Shown here: one piece after another, positions 12,024-25,912 of the stretch
Numbering within the stretch: position 1 is the stretch's first letter
How the letters are laid out: every line of letters begins with the position of its first letter
DNA from: Camelus ferus
Taxonomy: Eukaryota
DNA length: 64,000 nucleotides
Assembly (NCBI RefSeq): GCF_009834535.1
Contig: NC_045696.1
Span: 74,650,001 to 74,714,000 of the forward strand
Direction: 5' to 3'
Translations under genes and position numbers: made by a program
Notes under the pieces: generated by a model
The model's database searches: none
The model's input: only the letters and a program-made list of their open reading frames with translations
What the model was told of the DNA's origin: nothing

Positions 12024-15000
12024 GGGGCCAGGTCAAGATAGCAGAACAGAAGGACGTGGAGCTCACCTCCTCCAACAAATAAATCAAAAATACATCTACA
12101 TGCGGAAAAATTCTCACAGAATACCTGCTGAACGCTGGCAGAAGATCTCATAAAACCAAAATTGCAAGATTATCACATAACCAACAGGACGAACAAAAAA
12201 ACAAAGGAATTGGGACGGGACCTGCGCCCCTGGGAGGGAACTGCGAAAGAAGAAAGGTTCCCTCTCCCTGGGAAGCCCCTTCACCAGCGGGGATATCAGC
12301 CAGGACAGTCAGGGAGATTCAGAGGGTCAGAGGAGAACCCAGCAGCAGGTCTGTGGCAGGCAGAACAGAGCGAGACCAGCACAGAGTCCCAGCCACCTCG
12401 CTGCACTCCCCAGCCCTCGGCATATATCTGCTGGTGCACACAAGGGCTGGGTGCTGAAACTCAGGCTTCAGAGAGCAGACTTGGGAAGAGGCCTGGGGTT
12501 GGCTGCATGGAGGGGCTGGAGTGTGGTCCAAGGCACAACCAGGGGTGTGCACAAGATGCTGGGGGCCACCACTGAAGCCCCATTGTTAACATGCACACTG
12601 AAGGGAGGAGTGGGGCCGCCACGGCAGCCTTATTCTCGGGGTGCTCACAATGCGCAACTCTGCCTCTAAGAGTTTTGGGACCACACAAGTGGAGTGGGTT
12701 GCGCACATGCGGAGACAGGGCTGAAATCTGAGCCAATCCCCAAGGGTCACGCAGAAGCAGGGCTGAAATCTAAGTGTCCCAGTGGCTGAGTGATCCACGG
12801 ATTTACATGCCTACAGGCAGCTTTGTAAACTCAGTGCCTGCAGGACATTCAAGCAGACTACTTGTGCTCCTGGGGCCAGTGCGGTCCAGCAAGTAGCAGC
12901 TGCAGGCTGAAGAAGTAGGGCTGGGGTCTGGGCTAACTCAGTAGACCCACAGTGGATCTGGGTGTGCAACTACGGCAGCCCCACTGCCTGAGCTCAGCGG
13001 TTCTGTGCTAATGGATGTGCACTAGTGGCTCTGTGAGCACAGGTGAGCACAGGTTCACAGGTGGCTCTGTGAACACCCAGGCCGACTGCCTGACTACCTA
13101 TGGTTGAGGCAGGGCTGAGGGCAGTGCCAAAAACAGTGTACTTTGTGAACCCACACACCAGGTGACAGGAGACACCACAGAGTGCCCTTCCCAATGGACG
13201 GCCCCTGGGGAGGAATACGCGGTGGCGTGTTTCCCAGCAGCAGTACTCCAGTCCCGCCTATCTCACACCACAGCTCAAAAACGGGTCAGGAGGGCCTCTA
13301 CTCCAACAACTAGGGGAGCAGACCCTGCCCCCGACAGGGCTGTGACACCACAGAGCAAAGAGGATGCCTTGCCCAACATCAAGCGCAGGCTCTCGTCACA
13401 ACACCAATCATATCCCCTATGGAGGGGATAACAGCCTGCACACACAGTGAAAGGATATATAGCAGGCTTCCATACTAAAAACAGCCCCAACAAAAATATT
13501 AGACTCATGCAGGCTACACAGGGACCCTCCTGCATAAAAACAGCCCTTCAAGACCACAGTAGATACCTGTTACTCCTAAATTCATAGTCACTGAACTATA
13601 AGTAAAGTAAAGAAGCAGAGGAACCACTCTTAATTAAAAAAACAAGAGAAGTCCCCTGAAAAAAGAAAAAAATGAAATATACCTCTCCCGTTTACCAGAT
13701 CCCATGTTCAAAACAGGGTAATGAAAATTCTGGAGGAATTAAGAAAGGCTATTGACAGAAATGTAGACTACTGTAAAGAGGAACTAGAAACTATAAAGAA
13801 GAGCCAATTAAAATTAGAAACCTCACTTGCTGAGACAAAAGACAAAGTAACTAAAGGCAATAAATAACAAACTGCCATTTGCAGCAACATGGGTGAAACT
13901 AGAGATTATCATATTAAGTGAAGTAAGTCAGACAAAGAAAGACAAATATCATATGATGTCACTTATACGTGGAATCTAAAAAAAAAAAATTACAAATTTT
14001 ATTTACAAACCAGAAATAGACTCACAGACATATAAAACAAACTGTGGTTACCAGGGGGGAAAAGGGGGAGGAGGGACAGATTAGGAGGTTTGGATTAATA
14101 GATACACTTTACTATATACAAAATAGATAAACTACAAGGACCTACTGTATAGGTAGGGAACTATATTCAATTTCTTATAATGAGCTGTAATGGAAAAGAA
14201 TCTAAAAAAAATACATATATATGTATGTATATGTATAAGTGAATTGCTTTGCTGTACACCCGAAACTAACATTGTAAATCAACTATACTTCAGTAAAAAA
14301 TAAGAATTAAATAAAAACAAGGGCCATAAAGAAGGACATATATTATAAACGGATCAATGCAAAAAGATATTGCACTTGTTAACATATAGGCACACAATAT
14401 AGAAACACATAAATACATAAAACAAATATTAATGGACCTAAAAGATGAAATTGATGAGAATAAAAAAATAGTAGGAGACATTAACACCTCACTCATATTA
14501 ATGGACAGATCTCCCAGACAGAAAATCAATAAGGCAACAGAGATCCTAAATGATACAATAGAACAGTTAGACTTAATTGATATTTTCAAGACATTACATC
14601 CAAAAGAAACAGAATGCAAATTCTTTTCAGGTGCACATGGAACATCCTCTACGATTAACCACATACTAGGACACAAGACAAGTGTTAACAAATTTAAAGA
14701 GGCTAGAAATTATTTCAAGCATCTTTTCTGACCACAACAGCATGAAACTAAAAATCAACCACAGAAAGAGAAATGAGGAAAAAATCAATTACATGGAGAC
14801 TAAACAGTGTGATACTAAGAAACCAATGGGTAAATGATGAAATAAAAGAGGAAATTTTAAAAATACCTTGAGACAAATAACAATGGCAACACAACCATAC
14901 GAAATCTATGGGATACACCAAAAGCAGTCCTTAGAGGGAACATAGCAATGCAGATGATACAGGCCTTCCTCAAAAAAAAAAAAAAAAAAGAAAAAAACTT

Positions 15001-18000
15001 CAAATAAACAATCCACCATTTAAAAGAGTTAGAAAAAGAAGAACAAATCTCAAGTCAGCAGAAGGAAGGAAATAATAAAGATCAGAGAGGAAATAATAAA
15101 ATAGAGATTTAAAAAACAAAACAAAACAAAGCAAAAAAAAAAAAAAAAAACCAGTAAAACTAAGAAGTAGTTCTCTGAAAGGATAAACAAAATCCACAAA
15201 CCTCTAGCCAGGCTAACTAAGAAGAAAACACAGAGGACCCAAAGAAACAAAAGAAGAAATGAAAGCAGAGAAATAATAAACAATACCACAGAAATACAAA
15301 AAACTATAAAAGAATACTATGAACAATTACATGCCAACAAACTGGACAACCTAGAAGAAATGAACAAGTTTCTAAAAATGTACAGCCCACCAAAAACTGA
15401 ATCAAGAAGAAATAGATAATTTGAACAGACCAATAACTAGAAGTAAAATAGAATCCATAATTAAAAAAAAAAAACTCCCTGCAAATAAAAGTGCAGGACT
15501 GGATGGCTTCCTTGGGGAATTCTACCAAACATACAGTGAAGAAATTACATGGATCATTCTCAAACTCTTCCAAAAGACTGCAGAGGGAACACTTTCAAAG
15601 TCATTATATGACACCACTATCACACCCTGATACCAAAGTAGACAGACACTACCAAAAAAGAAAATTACAGGCCAGTATCTTTGATGAATATACATGCAAA
15701 AATTCTCAATAAAATATTAGCAAACCAAATACAACAACACATTAAAAAGATCATACATTACGATCAAGTTGGATTAATCCAAGAGACACAAGGATGGTTC
15801 AACATACACAAATCAATTAATGTGATACACCACATCAACAAAAGAAAGGACAAAAACCACATGATCATCTCAATAGATAAGAAAAAGCATTTGATAAATT
15901 CAACATCCATTGATGATAAAAACTCTTACCAAAGTAGGTACAAAGGGAACGTATCTCAACATAATAAAAGCTATTTATGACAAACCCACAGCCAACATAA
16001 TACTCAATGGTGAAAAGCAGAAAGCCTGCCCACTAAAATCTGGAACAAGACAAGGATGCCCACTCTTACCACTTCTATTCAACATAATATTGGAAGTCTT
16101 AACCACAGCAATCAGATAATAAAAAGAAATAAAAGGGATACAAATTAGAAGAGAAGAGGTAAAATTATCATTATATGCAGATAATATAATACTATATAGA
16201 GAACCCTAAAGACTACACACAAAAGCTACTAGAGCTGAGAAATGAATTCAGCAAGGTAGCAGGACACAATATTAACTTACAGAAATCTGTTCCATTTTTT
16301 TACACTAACAATGAAATATCAGAAGGGAAAGTTAAAAAAAAATCCTTTTAAAATCTCATCAAAAAAAAGAAAATACTAAGGATTAAACCTGACCAAGGAG
16401 ATGAAAGACTTATATGCTGAGAACTATAAAACACTGATAAAGGAAACTGAAGGTGATGCAAAGAAATGGAAAAATACTCCATACTCTTGGACTGGAAAAA
16501 TTATTGTTAAAATGGCCACACTACCCAAAGCAATCTACAGATTTAGTATGATCCTATCAAATTACCCAGGACATTTTTCACAGAACTAGAACAAATAATC
16601 CTAAAACTTATATGGAACCACAAAAGACCCAGAATTGCCAAAGCAATTCTGAAGAAAAAAAACAAAGCTGGAGGCATAGTTCTCCCAGACTTCGGACAAT
16701 ACTATAAAGCTACAATAATCAAAACAGTGTGATATTGGCACAGAAACATACATATTCATCAATGGAACAGAATAGAGAGCCTAGAAATAAACTCACTCAC
16801 CTATGGTCCATTAATCTTTAACAAAGGAGGCAAGAATATACAATAGAGAAAAGACAAGTCTCTTCAGCAGGTCGTGTTGGGTAAGCTGGACAGCCACATG
16901 TAAATCAATGAAGTTAGAACGCTCCCTCATACTACAGACAAAAATAAGCTCAAACTGGCTTAAAGACTTAAATATAAGACATGACACCATAAAACTCCTA
17001 GAAGAAAACATAGTCAAAACATTCTCTGACATAAATCACAGCAACATATTCTTAGGTGAGTCTCTCAAGGCAATAGAAATAAAAGCAAAAATAAACAAAT
17101 GGGACCTAATAAAACTTATAAGCTTTTGCACAGCAAAGGAAACCATAAACAAAACAGAAAGACAACCTATGGACTGGGAGAAAATATTTGCAAATGATGA
17201 GACTGACAAGGGCTTAATTTCCAAAATATACAAATAGCTCATACAGCTCAATAACAAAAAAATCAAACAACTCCATCAAAAAAATGTGCAGAAGACCTAA
17301 CTAGATATTTCTCCAATAAAGACATACAGATGGCCAATAAGGACATGAAAAGATGCTCAACTTCGCTAATTAAAGAGAAATGCAAATCAAAACTACAGTG
17401 AGGTACCACCTCACACCAGTCAGAATGGCCATCATTAAAAAGTCTACAAATTACAAATGCCAGAGAGGGTGTGGAGAAAAAGGAACCTTCCTACACTGTT
17501 GGTAGAAATGTAAATTGGTGTAGCCACTATGGAGAACAGTATGGAGTTTTTTTTTTAAACTAAAAATAAAGGTGACATATGATCCATCAATCCCACTCCT
17601 GGGCACGTATCTAGAAATGATGAAAACTCTAATTCAAAAAGATACGTGCACCCCAATGTTTGCAGCAGCATTGCTTACACTAGTCAAGACATGGAAGCAA
17701 CCTAAATGTCCATCAACAGATGACTGGGTAAAGAAGATGTGGTGTATTTATATACAATGGGACATTACTCAGCTACAAAAAAGAATGAGATAATGCCATC
17801 TGTAGCAACATGAATGGACTAGAGACTATCATACTAAGTGAAATAAGCCAGAAAGAGAAAAACAAATACCACAGGGTATCACTTACAGGTGAAATCTAAA
17901 ATATGACACAAAAGAACTTATTTATGAAACAGAAACAGACTCACAGACATGGAAAATAAACGTACAGTTACCAAAGGGGAAAGAGGGTGGGAATGGATAA

Positions 18001-18238
18001 ATTAGGAGTTTAGGATTAGCAGATATAAACTACTATATATAAAACTGATAAACAACAAGGTCCTACTGTACAGCACAGGGAACTATATTCAATATTCTGT
18101 AATAAACCAGAATGGAAAAGCTATATATGTATATGTATAAAGCTATATATGTAAAGTTATATATGTATAACTGAGCCATTTTGCTGTACACTAGAAACTA
18201 ACACAACATTGTAAATCAACTATACTTCAATTTTAAAA
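12024..18238 (+). mobile_element. Near full-length L1 (5'UTR, ORF1 start, decayed ORF2, 3'UTR), inactive
   Basis: GC-rich 5'UTR at ~12024-13590. ORF2 peptide fragments include the endonuclease (KIVGDINTSL...DLIDIFKTLHP), the RT ([23 protein letters not shown]) and the C-terminus ([12 protein letters not shown]), with many stops and frameshifts. TSD AGACCTAAAA at 12014-12023 and 18239-18248. Confidence 0.95.
13873..14320 (+). mobile_element. Nested L1 3'-end fragment (ORF2 tail, 3'UTR, A-rich tail) inside the large L1
   Basis: tgccatttgcagcaacatgg...gtaaatcaactatacttca followed by an A-rich tail. Clearly paralogous to 17794-18230. Confidence 0.9.
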
Positions 18239-18248
18239 AGACCTAAAA

Positions 18249-18263
18249 TATTAAAACATTCAC

Positions 18264-18294
<31 letters not shown>

Positions 18295-19410
18295 GTCTCT
18301 CTCACATTCACACACACATACACACGCGTGTGCATGCACTTCTGGAAAAAAAATTAGAAGAAATATCTTTATGACCTTCAGTTGGAAACAATTTCTTAGA
18401 CAAGATACAAAAAGTACAAATCATAAAAGTTTAACAAATTAACTACATCAAAATTTGAAACTTCTGTTCTACAAATTAATTCATAAACAAAGTAAAAAGA
18501 CAAGTCACAAACAGTAAGAAAACTTGTATGTAACAGACAAATTTTTGGTATCCAGAATGTAAAAAGAGCTAATCAGAAAAAGATAAACCCAGAAAGAAAT
18601 AGGCCAAAAATATAAATAAGCAAGTCAGAAAACAAAAAATAAGAATGGCCAATAAACATACGAAATCTCCTCAAGGAAATGCCAAATGTTTAGATGCCAC
18701 TTCAACAATCATTAGATTGGCAAAAATCAAGTCTGATCAAGTGTTGGTGAGGGTGTGGGGCAACATACTCATAATCACTGCAGATTGACATATAAACTGG
18801 TGCAACCACTCTGGGGAGGGACTTGGCAATATCTAGGAAAAATGAAGATAAGCACACTCCTGAGCTGATATTTCCACTTGTAGGTGTATTTCTGAAAGAA
18901 ATCTTGTACATGTTTCCCCAGGAGAAATGTATAAAAATGTTATTCAATACGTTGTTTGTAGAAGCAAAAGAAATGGAAACAATCTAAATGAATAGAAGAA
19001 CAGATGACAAGGTGGAACACCAAACAACTACTGAAATGAATTAAATACATCCAGATGCACTGCAGCATGGATAGATTCTGCTGCAGGGGAAAGCTCCACG
19101 GAGAATTAGAGGTAGCAACATGATGCTTATCGACATCTTTAAAACACATGAAGCCATACTACACACTGTTCATGAATACCCATATAGCTACATAAAATAT
19201 AATGGCATGCACGGGAATGAGAAACAACGAATTCACAACAGCGGTTACTTCTGCAGAGGGAGGGGACCAAAAGGGACTTGAACTTTTAGGAAAGCTCTTT
19301 CTCTGGCTTAAAAAAAAGAAGCAGAACATGAAGCAAAAATATCCAAATGTTTTTTGTTTCTGATTTTTGTATCCATGAGTGTTTCTGGCATTATTTTCTA
19401 TACTTTTCAG
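18249..19410 (+). mobile_element. Old L1 (L1M-type) remnant, right part
   Basis: Degenerate ORF2 3' end and 3'UTR motifs (tttatgaccttcagttgga...aatggccaataaacata...tggtgcaaccactctgg). Confidence 0.7.
18264..18335 (+). repeat. (TGTC)n plus (CA)n compound microsatellite
   Basis: Directly visible. Confidence 0.9.
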
Positions 19411-19678
19411 ACTTGATTTTTTTTTTTTCAATCAGCCAATCCATGTCTTTCTGAACAATTCTAATCCGAAGTTTAGAGGAAGAGAAATATAAAACTGGCT
19501 AAGATAACGTTTGGGAAACCTATGAATCTCTGCCAACAGTGCTATCTTTCTTTCCCATCATCCAAGAGAATGAGAAGTTATGTGGGCATAGTAAAATCTC
19601 CATGGGATGAAACCCACCCACTAAGACCACATTACAGGGAAGGTGTCAAGGCCAGTTCTCCCAAAGCGTGTACCTCAC

Positions 19679-19804
19679 CTCTCGCACATGTCTTTTCAGG
19701 TGCATGTAGACACTCTGTCCAGTTTTCCGAAAATGTCTTTCCACGTGTTCCCTTCCAAAGGCCAAAAATGTATTCATGCATACATAGAGTCCACCTTCAG
19801 AATT
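19679..19804 (-). CDS. USP13: USP13 coding exon 2
   Basis: tctttcttctag|AAT...GAG|gtgagg. The exon is 126 nt, phase 0/0, and translates to [42 protein letters not shown], continuing exon 1 in frame. Confidence 0.97.
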
Positions 19805-22800
19805 CTAGAAGAAAGAGACACATTACAACATTAGTCAAGCAGTCTATATGCAGAAAAAGGAAAGGGGAAGGAAGGCAAACGATGACAAACAATGAAAACA
19901 AAGTCTAGCAAAAGGCCACCTGGCCGTGGTAGTCATCTACGGTGACCTCTAAAAGCTCACAGCCACCCAGCAGCAGCTCCTACCCAACCTGGGGTTCCAA
20001 GTGCTCCCAGCCAGCTGAGCACAGTCTCACAGGCAGGGAGCTCCTCAGAGAGCCTGGGAAATAAACATGCCTGTCTGACTTTCTAAACTAGGGTAACGGA
20101 CGATCAGAGATAGAAGAAAGTTGGCAAATGATCCAGCAACCATCACTGCAATGGTTCATCACCAGTCTTCCTCCTTGGTCAGTGAAAATCTCCAGGAACA
20201 TAAAGTTTTATACCCTTTTCACAGGATAGGATGCTTCAAAGATATTATTCCCTTCCTTTGGTGATGCATGGTATCTGATGGTACCCATTAAATAAATAAT
20301 AACAATTCAATAAATAAATAATAATGTAATAAGTAAGTAATAAAGGACGGAGTCCTCACCTTATTGCATGCCTGATGTGTGCCAGGGGCTTTGCATGTAC
20401 TATTTCTAGTCCCAACAATACTGCACGCTGCTTAGTATGATTCCCTTTGTGCAGTTTAAAAAAAACGAAGGATAAGTCACTTGTCCATGTTCACATAGCT
20501 TGGAAGTGTCAGAGTTAAATTTGAATCTATTTCTCTTTTATCTCTCTATGCCACATTTCAAATATTATTAATTATAGACATACTTGAACAGTCAAGGACA
20601 GTGTTCACATTTTAGACACTTGATTTTCTATCCCAGTTTCATCTCTCCTTTTCTCTCACTTTGCTTAATGTGCTTCTCTGTAAACTTAGCCTATAAAATC
20701 AGCCATCCTTTCCTCAGCAGAAATAGATTTTTATTATGCTACTAGTCTTACCCTTCCAAATAATTTTTTAAAAATCAAGAATTTTAAACGCCTGTCAGAA
20801 TTGCCAACAAACACCTACCAAAAATCCTTACATTGAATTTTAGAAGAGCACAAACTACAATATCAAAACAGACACTGATGCTCATTGCAAATATATGAAA
20901 AATAATTTTAAGGTTCCAATACCTCAAGATTGTTTATTTTTTTAATTTCTAATAAAGTTTTCCAACACTGTAGCTATGGTTTATAAGCCAGACATAAAGG
21001 ACTCTTGTCACAACAAGAACATTATGACAGCATTAGCACAAACGTGTGCTTATTATTACAGCATTTACATTGCATAAGGCAAGAAAAAGGCACAATGATC
21101 ACAAAGAAAGAAAGAAAATGGTCTCAATTTGCTGATGACATTATAGTCTATACAGAAAATCCTAAGGAATCTACAAACTACTAAAATAACAACTAGTAAA
21201 ACTAATAAAGAATTTAATTTGGCCAGGTCATGGAATACAGGTCAATAGATAAAAAATCAATTTCAATTTTATACACTGGCAATACTTACAAATGAAATTT
21301 TTAAAACTTGACTATAACATACCATCCAAAAAAACTCAGTATTATACATCTTATGCTTCTGGTTAGCTTTTTTCCTTTAAATGAGATCATTGGACTAAAA
21401 TTAGAAAATTTCTTCAACTAGAGGTAACACATTGCATTCACCTGATCCATAGATCAGGTAAATATTTTCAAAAGTTTTTTTTAATAAACATATTCTTTTG
21501 CATAGTCATAATCCTTAAGGAAAAAAATATTGCATCATTATAATTGTCAGTTATTCATTAAGCCCATTAAATTGAGCTTAAAAAAAAAAAATCACTTCCA
21601 TTCTCTTCCAAGAAAATGTATTTGGATCAAAAGGAATTCAAACCAGAAGATATACTGGAGGAAATGAGATTTGTAACCCAAGGTCCTAAACTGCCACTAA
21701 TTAGCCCTGTGGCCTAAACAGGTTTGTCATACGGTCTCTGAGCTTCAGTGTTTTTCCTCAACAAACATGGCTGAACCAATCATTCTTACCTCACAGGGTT
21801 TCATGATGTTCAAAGGGGATGACACGCCCTCTGTACTATAAAGTAGTACATAAACATCAATAATTATTTATTGTGAGCTAAAAGTTCTGTGTGCTATCTC
21901 CTATTATCTCAATTATTTTATAATTGAGCGGGAATTAAGCAGAAGCAGGGAAAAAGCAGAAGGAACAAAAAAAGCGAGTCTGACAGCCACACAGCCTGCG
22001 AATAACAAATATTAACCTGTCAGAAAAAATGTATTAGGCAGCTAATGGGTGAACCAAGAAGTTAGCAAGCTAAGAAAAATGTTCAAACAGAGCATTCTTC
22101 TGAAGAAAAATATAGATTAGCTATATAATGCAAGAGTAATCTCTAAAATAATTATACAGTCTTTGCTATTTCATTGCCAAGAGTCTTTGACTTATTAGAG
22201 ATCTTGATAAAAATCTGACATGCCAAACTTTCAATCTCAAATTTCTGGAGTCACTTGATATTGTCACAAAGAGAAAAACGCTTTGGCACTCACAGACAAC
22301 CCCGCATAGGGAAGGATCCTACTACAAACATCCACGGGCATCTTCCATCCAGCACACGGGCTGGCCTCTAAAGCAGCACATGCCTCTCACCAGAGGCTCT
22401 GAGATGAAGGCACTGTCCAGGGCACTTGCCAGTAATTCTGAAAACTCAAGACACACTGAGACAGAAAACCCTTTAAAAGCTAACCATACAGAACACCCCC
22501 CAAGTCTAATGATCTACACTTTCTTCCCTCTTGCCTCATTAATGTCTAAATGCTGGTCCTATAAGACAATTTCTTTCACATACAAAATCAATACTCCATG
22601 CCATGTGCTCTGAACAGCTTCTCTTACTAATGTTGAGAAGTCTGTGCTGACAAATCTCCCCCAAATTCCTTTGCGACCAAAGCACACAGAATGGATTATA
22701 GCTTGGGATCAATCAGAGCTAATTGACTCTTAAGTTTTCAAACCTTCAACCTCATCCTCTCATTGACCACCCACACCCCCACTAAGATCTCTGCCCCTAG

Positions 22801-24105
22801 AAAGCACTCCAAAGCAGTTCCCTTCGTGTGACCAAAAGTGCAGCCAAGGAAATGAGGCAGGACGTTCTTGTTTAAGCACCGTGCTGAAACTGCACAAACT
22901 AGGGCCACATCTTGGACTTCGTAGTAATGCTGGCAGAGTACACACAAGAAGAAGAGTAATTATACTTGACTGTAAAGACTGGGATGGCCCACCTCTGTCT
23001 TAATGTCCGGTGTCCATTGTTTTAAGGTTTGATGTGCTGTGTCTTTACAAAAAAGATAAAAATTAAAGAAAAAATTTTTTAAAAATAAATCAGGCAGGTT
23101 AGAGAACTGTACCAACTGACAGTGAAATGCAACTCAAAGAGTAAGAGGGCAGAACACAAAACAATACTTTTTTCAAGTAGTAGTAGTAGAGTGCTTTATT
23201 AAATTAAAATAGACTACAAATGCAATTCACATATATTGGACTAATTTTTTTTAAATAAATGGTAGCATAATAATGGAGATTCCAAAAATATATTCATTCT
23301 ATGATCACTGCTGCCGTAAGTAAACCACAAGATATACAGAAATGGGGGTGGGAGGAAGAAATCAGTAATAAAAGTTACTGGGACAGTAGGACATCAGCAT
23401 AGAAGAAAATTAACCTAAGATGACACACATCTTATACCAAACACTATAATAAGGTCCAGATAGATCAGCACTTCAAAAACTGGAAAAGAGCAGAATAGCA
23501 TATTTATCCTACTTGGGAAGAGGAAAATAATTTCTGGCCAAGAAAACATGGGATATCAAAAGAGATGGAGTACTTGAGGATAAAAATGTAAACACTAGTG
23601 AGCACGTTTTACGTTACAAAATGTAATGAAACAAACAGAAAACCAACAATAACAGAATGGGGAAAGATACAGCAATAACAAAGAAAAGCTTATTTCCAAA
23701 CTACGTAAAAATTTGATAAAGTTATAGGATGTCAACATTCAGGTTCAAGTTGGTAAGAGTTTGTCGGCATTTTTAAAGAGCTTTTAGTTTCAGCCGTAAG
23801 AAAATATTAAAATCGAATCATCATATCTTCACCACCACCTGAAGTAAGCACATTAAAGCAATCTCAAGGCAGTTATATGTCTACTGAACTAGCAAAAAGT
23901 ATGGAAACTACACAGCCTGAAGCCACAGAGGAAACGTGTACATCCACCCCCACAAGAGAAATCAGTTCCGCCCTTCTCGAGAGCAAGGAAACTGTGGCCT
24001 TCAACACAGTATCGCTCCTTTGGGTCTGACTTCAGAAACCCAACAGTAAGAGAGAAAAATAAAAATTATTTTTATAAAAATATTCACAGATATTAAAAAA
24101 TTTTC

Positions 24106-25241
24106 TCCTAGAAGAAATAAAAGCAAGAATAAACAAATGGGACCTAATGAAACTTACAAGCTTCTGCACAGCAAAGGAAACCAGAAATAAAACAAGAAGA
24201 AAACCTACGGAATGGGAGAAAATTTTTGCAAGTGAAACCGACAAAGGCTTGATCTCCAGAATATATAAGCAGCTCATACGACTCAATAAGAAAAAAATAA
24301 ACAACCCAATCCAAAAATGGGCAGAAGACCTAAACAAGCAATTCTCCAAGGAAGACATACAAATGATCAAAAGCACATGAAAAAATGCTCAATATCACTA
24401 ATTATCAGAGAAATGCAAATCAAAACTACAATGAGGTATCACCTCACAGCAGTCAGAATGGCCGTCATTCAAAAATCCACAAATGACAAATGCCAGAGAG
24501 GCTGTGGAGAAAGGGCAACCCTCCTACACTGCTGGTGGGAATGCAGTTTGGTGCAGCCACTATGGAAAACAGTGTGGAGATTCCTCAAAAGACTAGGAAT
24601 AGACTTACCATATGACCCAGGAATCCCACTCCTGGGCTTGTATCCAGAAGGAAATCTACTTCAGGATGACACCTGCACCCCAATGTTCATAGCAGCACTA
24701 TTTACAATAGCCAAAACATGGAAACAGCCTAAATGTCCATCAACAGGTGACTGGATAAAGAAGAAGTGGTATATTTATACAATGGAATACTACTCAGCCA
24801 TAAAAACCGACAACATAATGCCATTTGCAGCAACATGGATGCTCCTGGAGAATGTCATTCTAAGTGAAGTAAGCCAGAAAGAGAAAGAAAAATACCATAT
24901 GAGATCGCTCATATGTGGAATCTAAAAAACAAAAACAAACAAACAAACAAAAACAAAGCATAAATAAAGGACAGAAATAGACTCACAGACAGAGAATACA
25001 GACTTGTGGTTACCAGGGGGGTGGAGGGTGGGAAGGGATAGACTGGGATTTCAAAATTGTAGAATAGACTACACTGTATAGCACAGGGAAATATACACAA
25101 AATGTTATGATAACTCACAGAGAAAAAAATGTGACAATGAGTGTGTATATGTCCATGAATAACTGAAAAATTGTGCTGAACACTGGAATTTGACACAACA
25201 TTATAAAATGATTATAAATCAATAAAAAATGTTAAAAAAAA
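24106..25241 (+). mobile_element. Younger 5'-truncated L1 (ORF2 C-terminus and 3'UTR)
   Basis: Long open ORF2 frames at 24147-24380 and 24317-24925 contain the Cys/His C-terminal region (HCWWEC...[15 protein letters not shown]). There is an A-tail and a TSD ATTCACAGATA at 24082-24092 and 25242-25252. Confidence 0.95.
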
Positions 25242-25598
25242 ATTCACAGATAAACTATTAATAATTGGAAAAAGTAGCAAAGGCCCCAAATAGAGGAGCT
25301 AAGAATATATGACACAACAAAATACTGTAACATCATTTAAAATGACAAATTTATGACTTGAGTGTAATGTGTGTAGATAATATGTATAGAGCTGTGTAGA
25401 ATGTGCATAGAAAAATAAAGTTCATGAAAAAAAGACACATGCCAATGACAAGAAAGAAGAGGAAGAGGGGAAGGGAAGTTGTATACTGAAGAAAACCTGA
25501 GATGAAACTGGAACAGATCAATGGTTTTATATTTACTTAAGTTCTTGACTTGGGGGCCCTCAGCCTCACCTCCCATTACCTTCGTGCTTGATCTAGAG

Positions 25599-25912
25599 TG
25601 GCGTTTCTCAAACTACCAAGTCCTCCTGAAGGACCAGGTTTGGTTTTGTTATGTGTTTCATTTCACTTCTATTCATTAAGGAAAGATATGTGGTCCCGCT
25701 GCACGTAGCTAGTTCTCCAGCCAGGTGTGAAGTTATATATGTAAGCAACACAAAACCCATATGGATCTATATCCTGTTCAAACAAACTAATCTGCTCCTG
25801 CGCCTGGATGTGGCTGCAATGTCAAGTTGCCATAGAAATTTCTAACACTTACTCTCAAAGTTTGTACTTATCTCTTGGCACCAGTCAGCTGACCACACTT
25901 CCAGGAGCACTG
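25599..25912. mobile_element. hAT-Charlie-type MITE
   Basis: Flanked by an 8-bp NTCTAGAN-type TSD (atctagag 25591-25598, gtctagag 25913-25920). The ends are tttctcaaact... and ...agcactg. Confidence 0.6.

Noticed and set aside
14432..17793. L1 ORF2 as an active retrotransposase
   Set aside because: It is broken by many stops and frameshifts, and its N-terminus and most of ORF1 are deleted.
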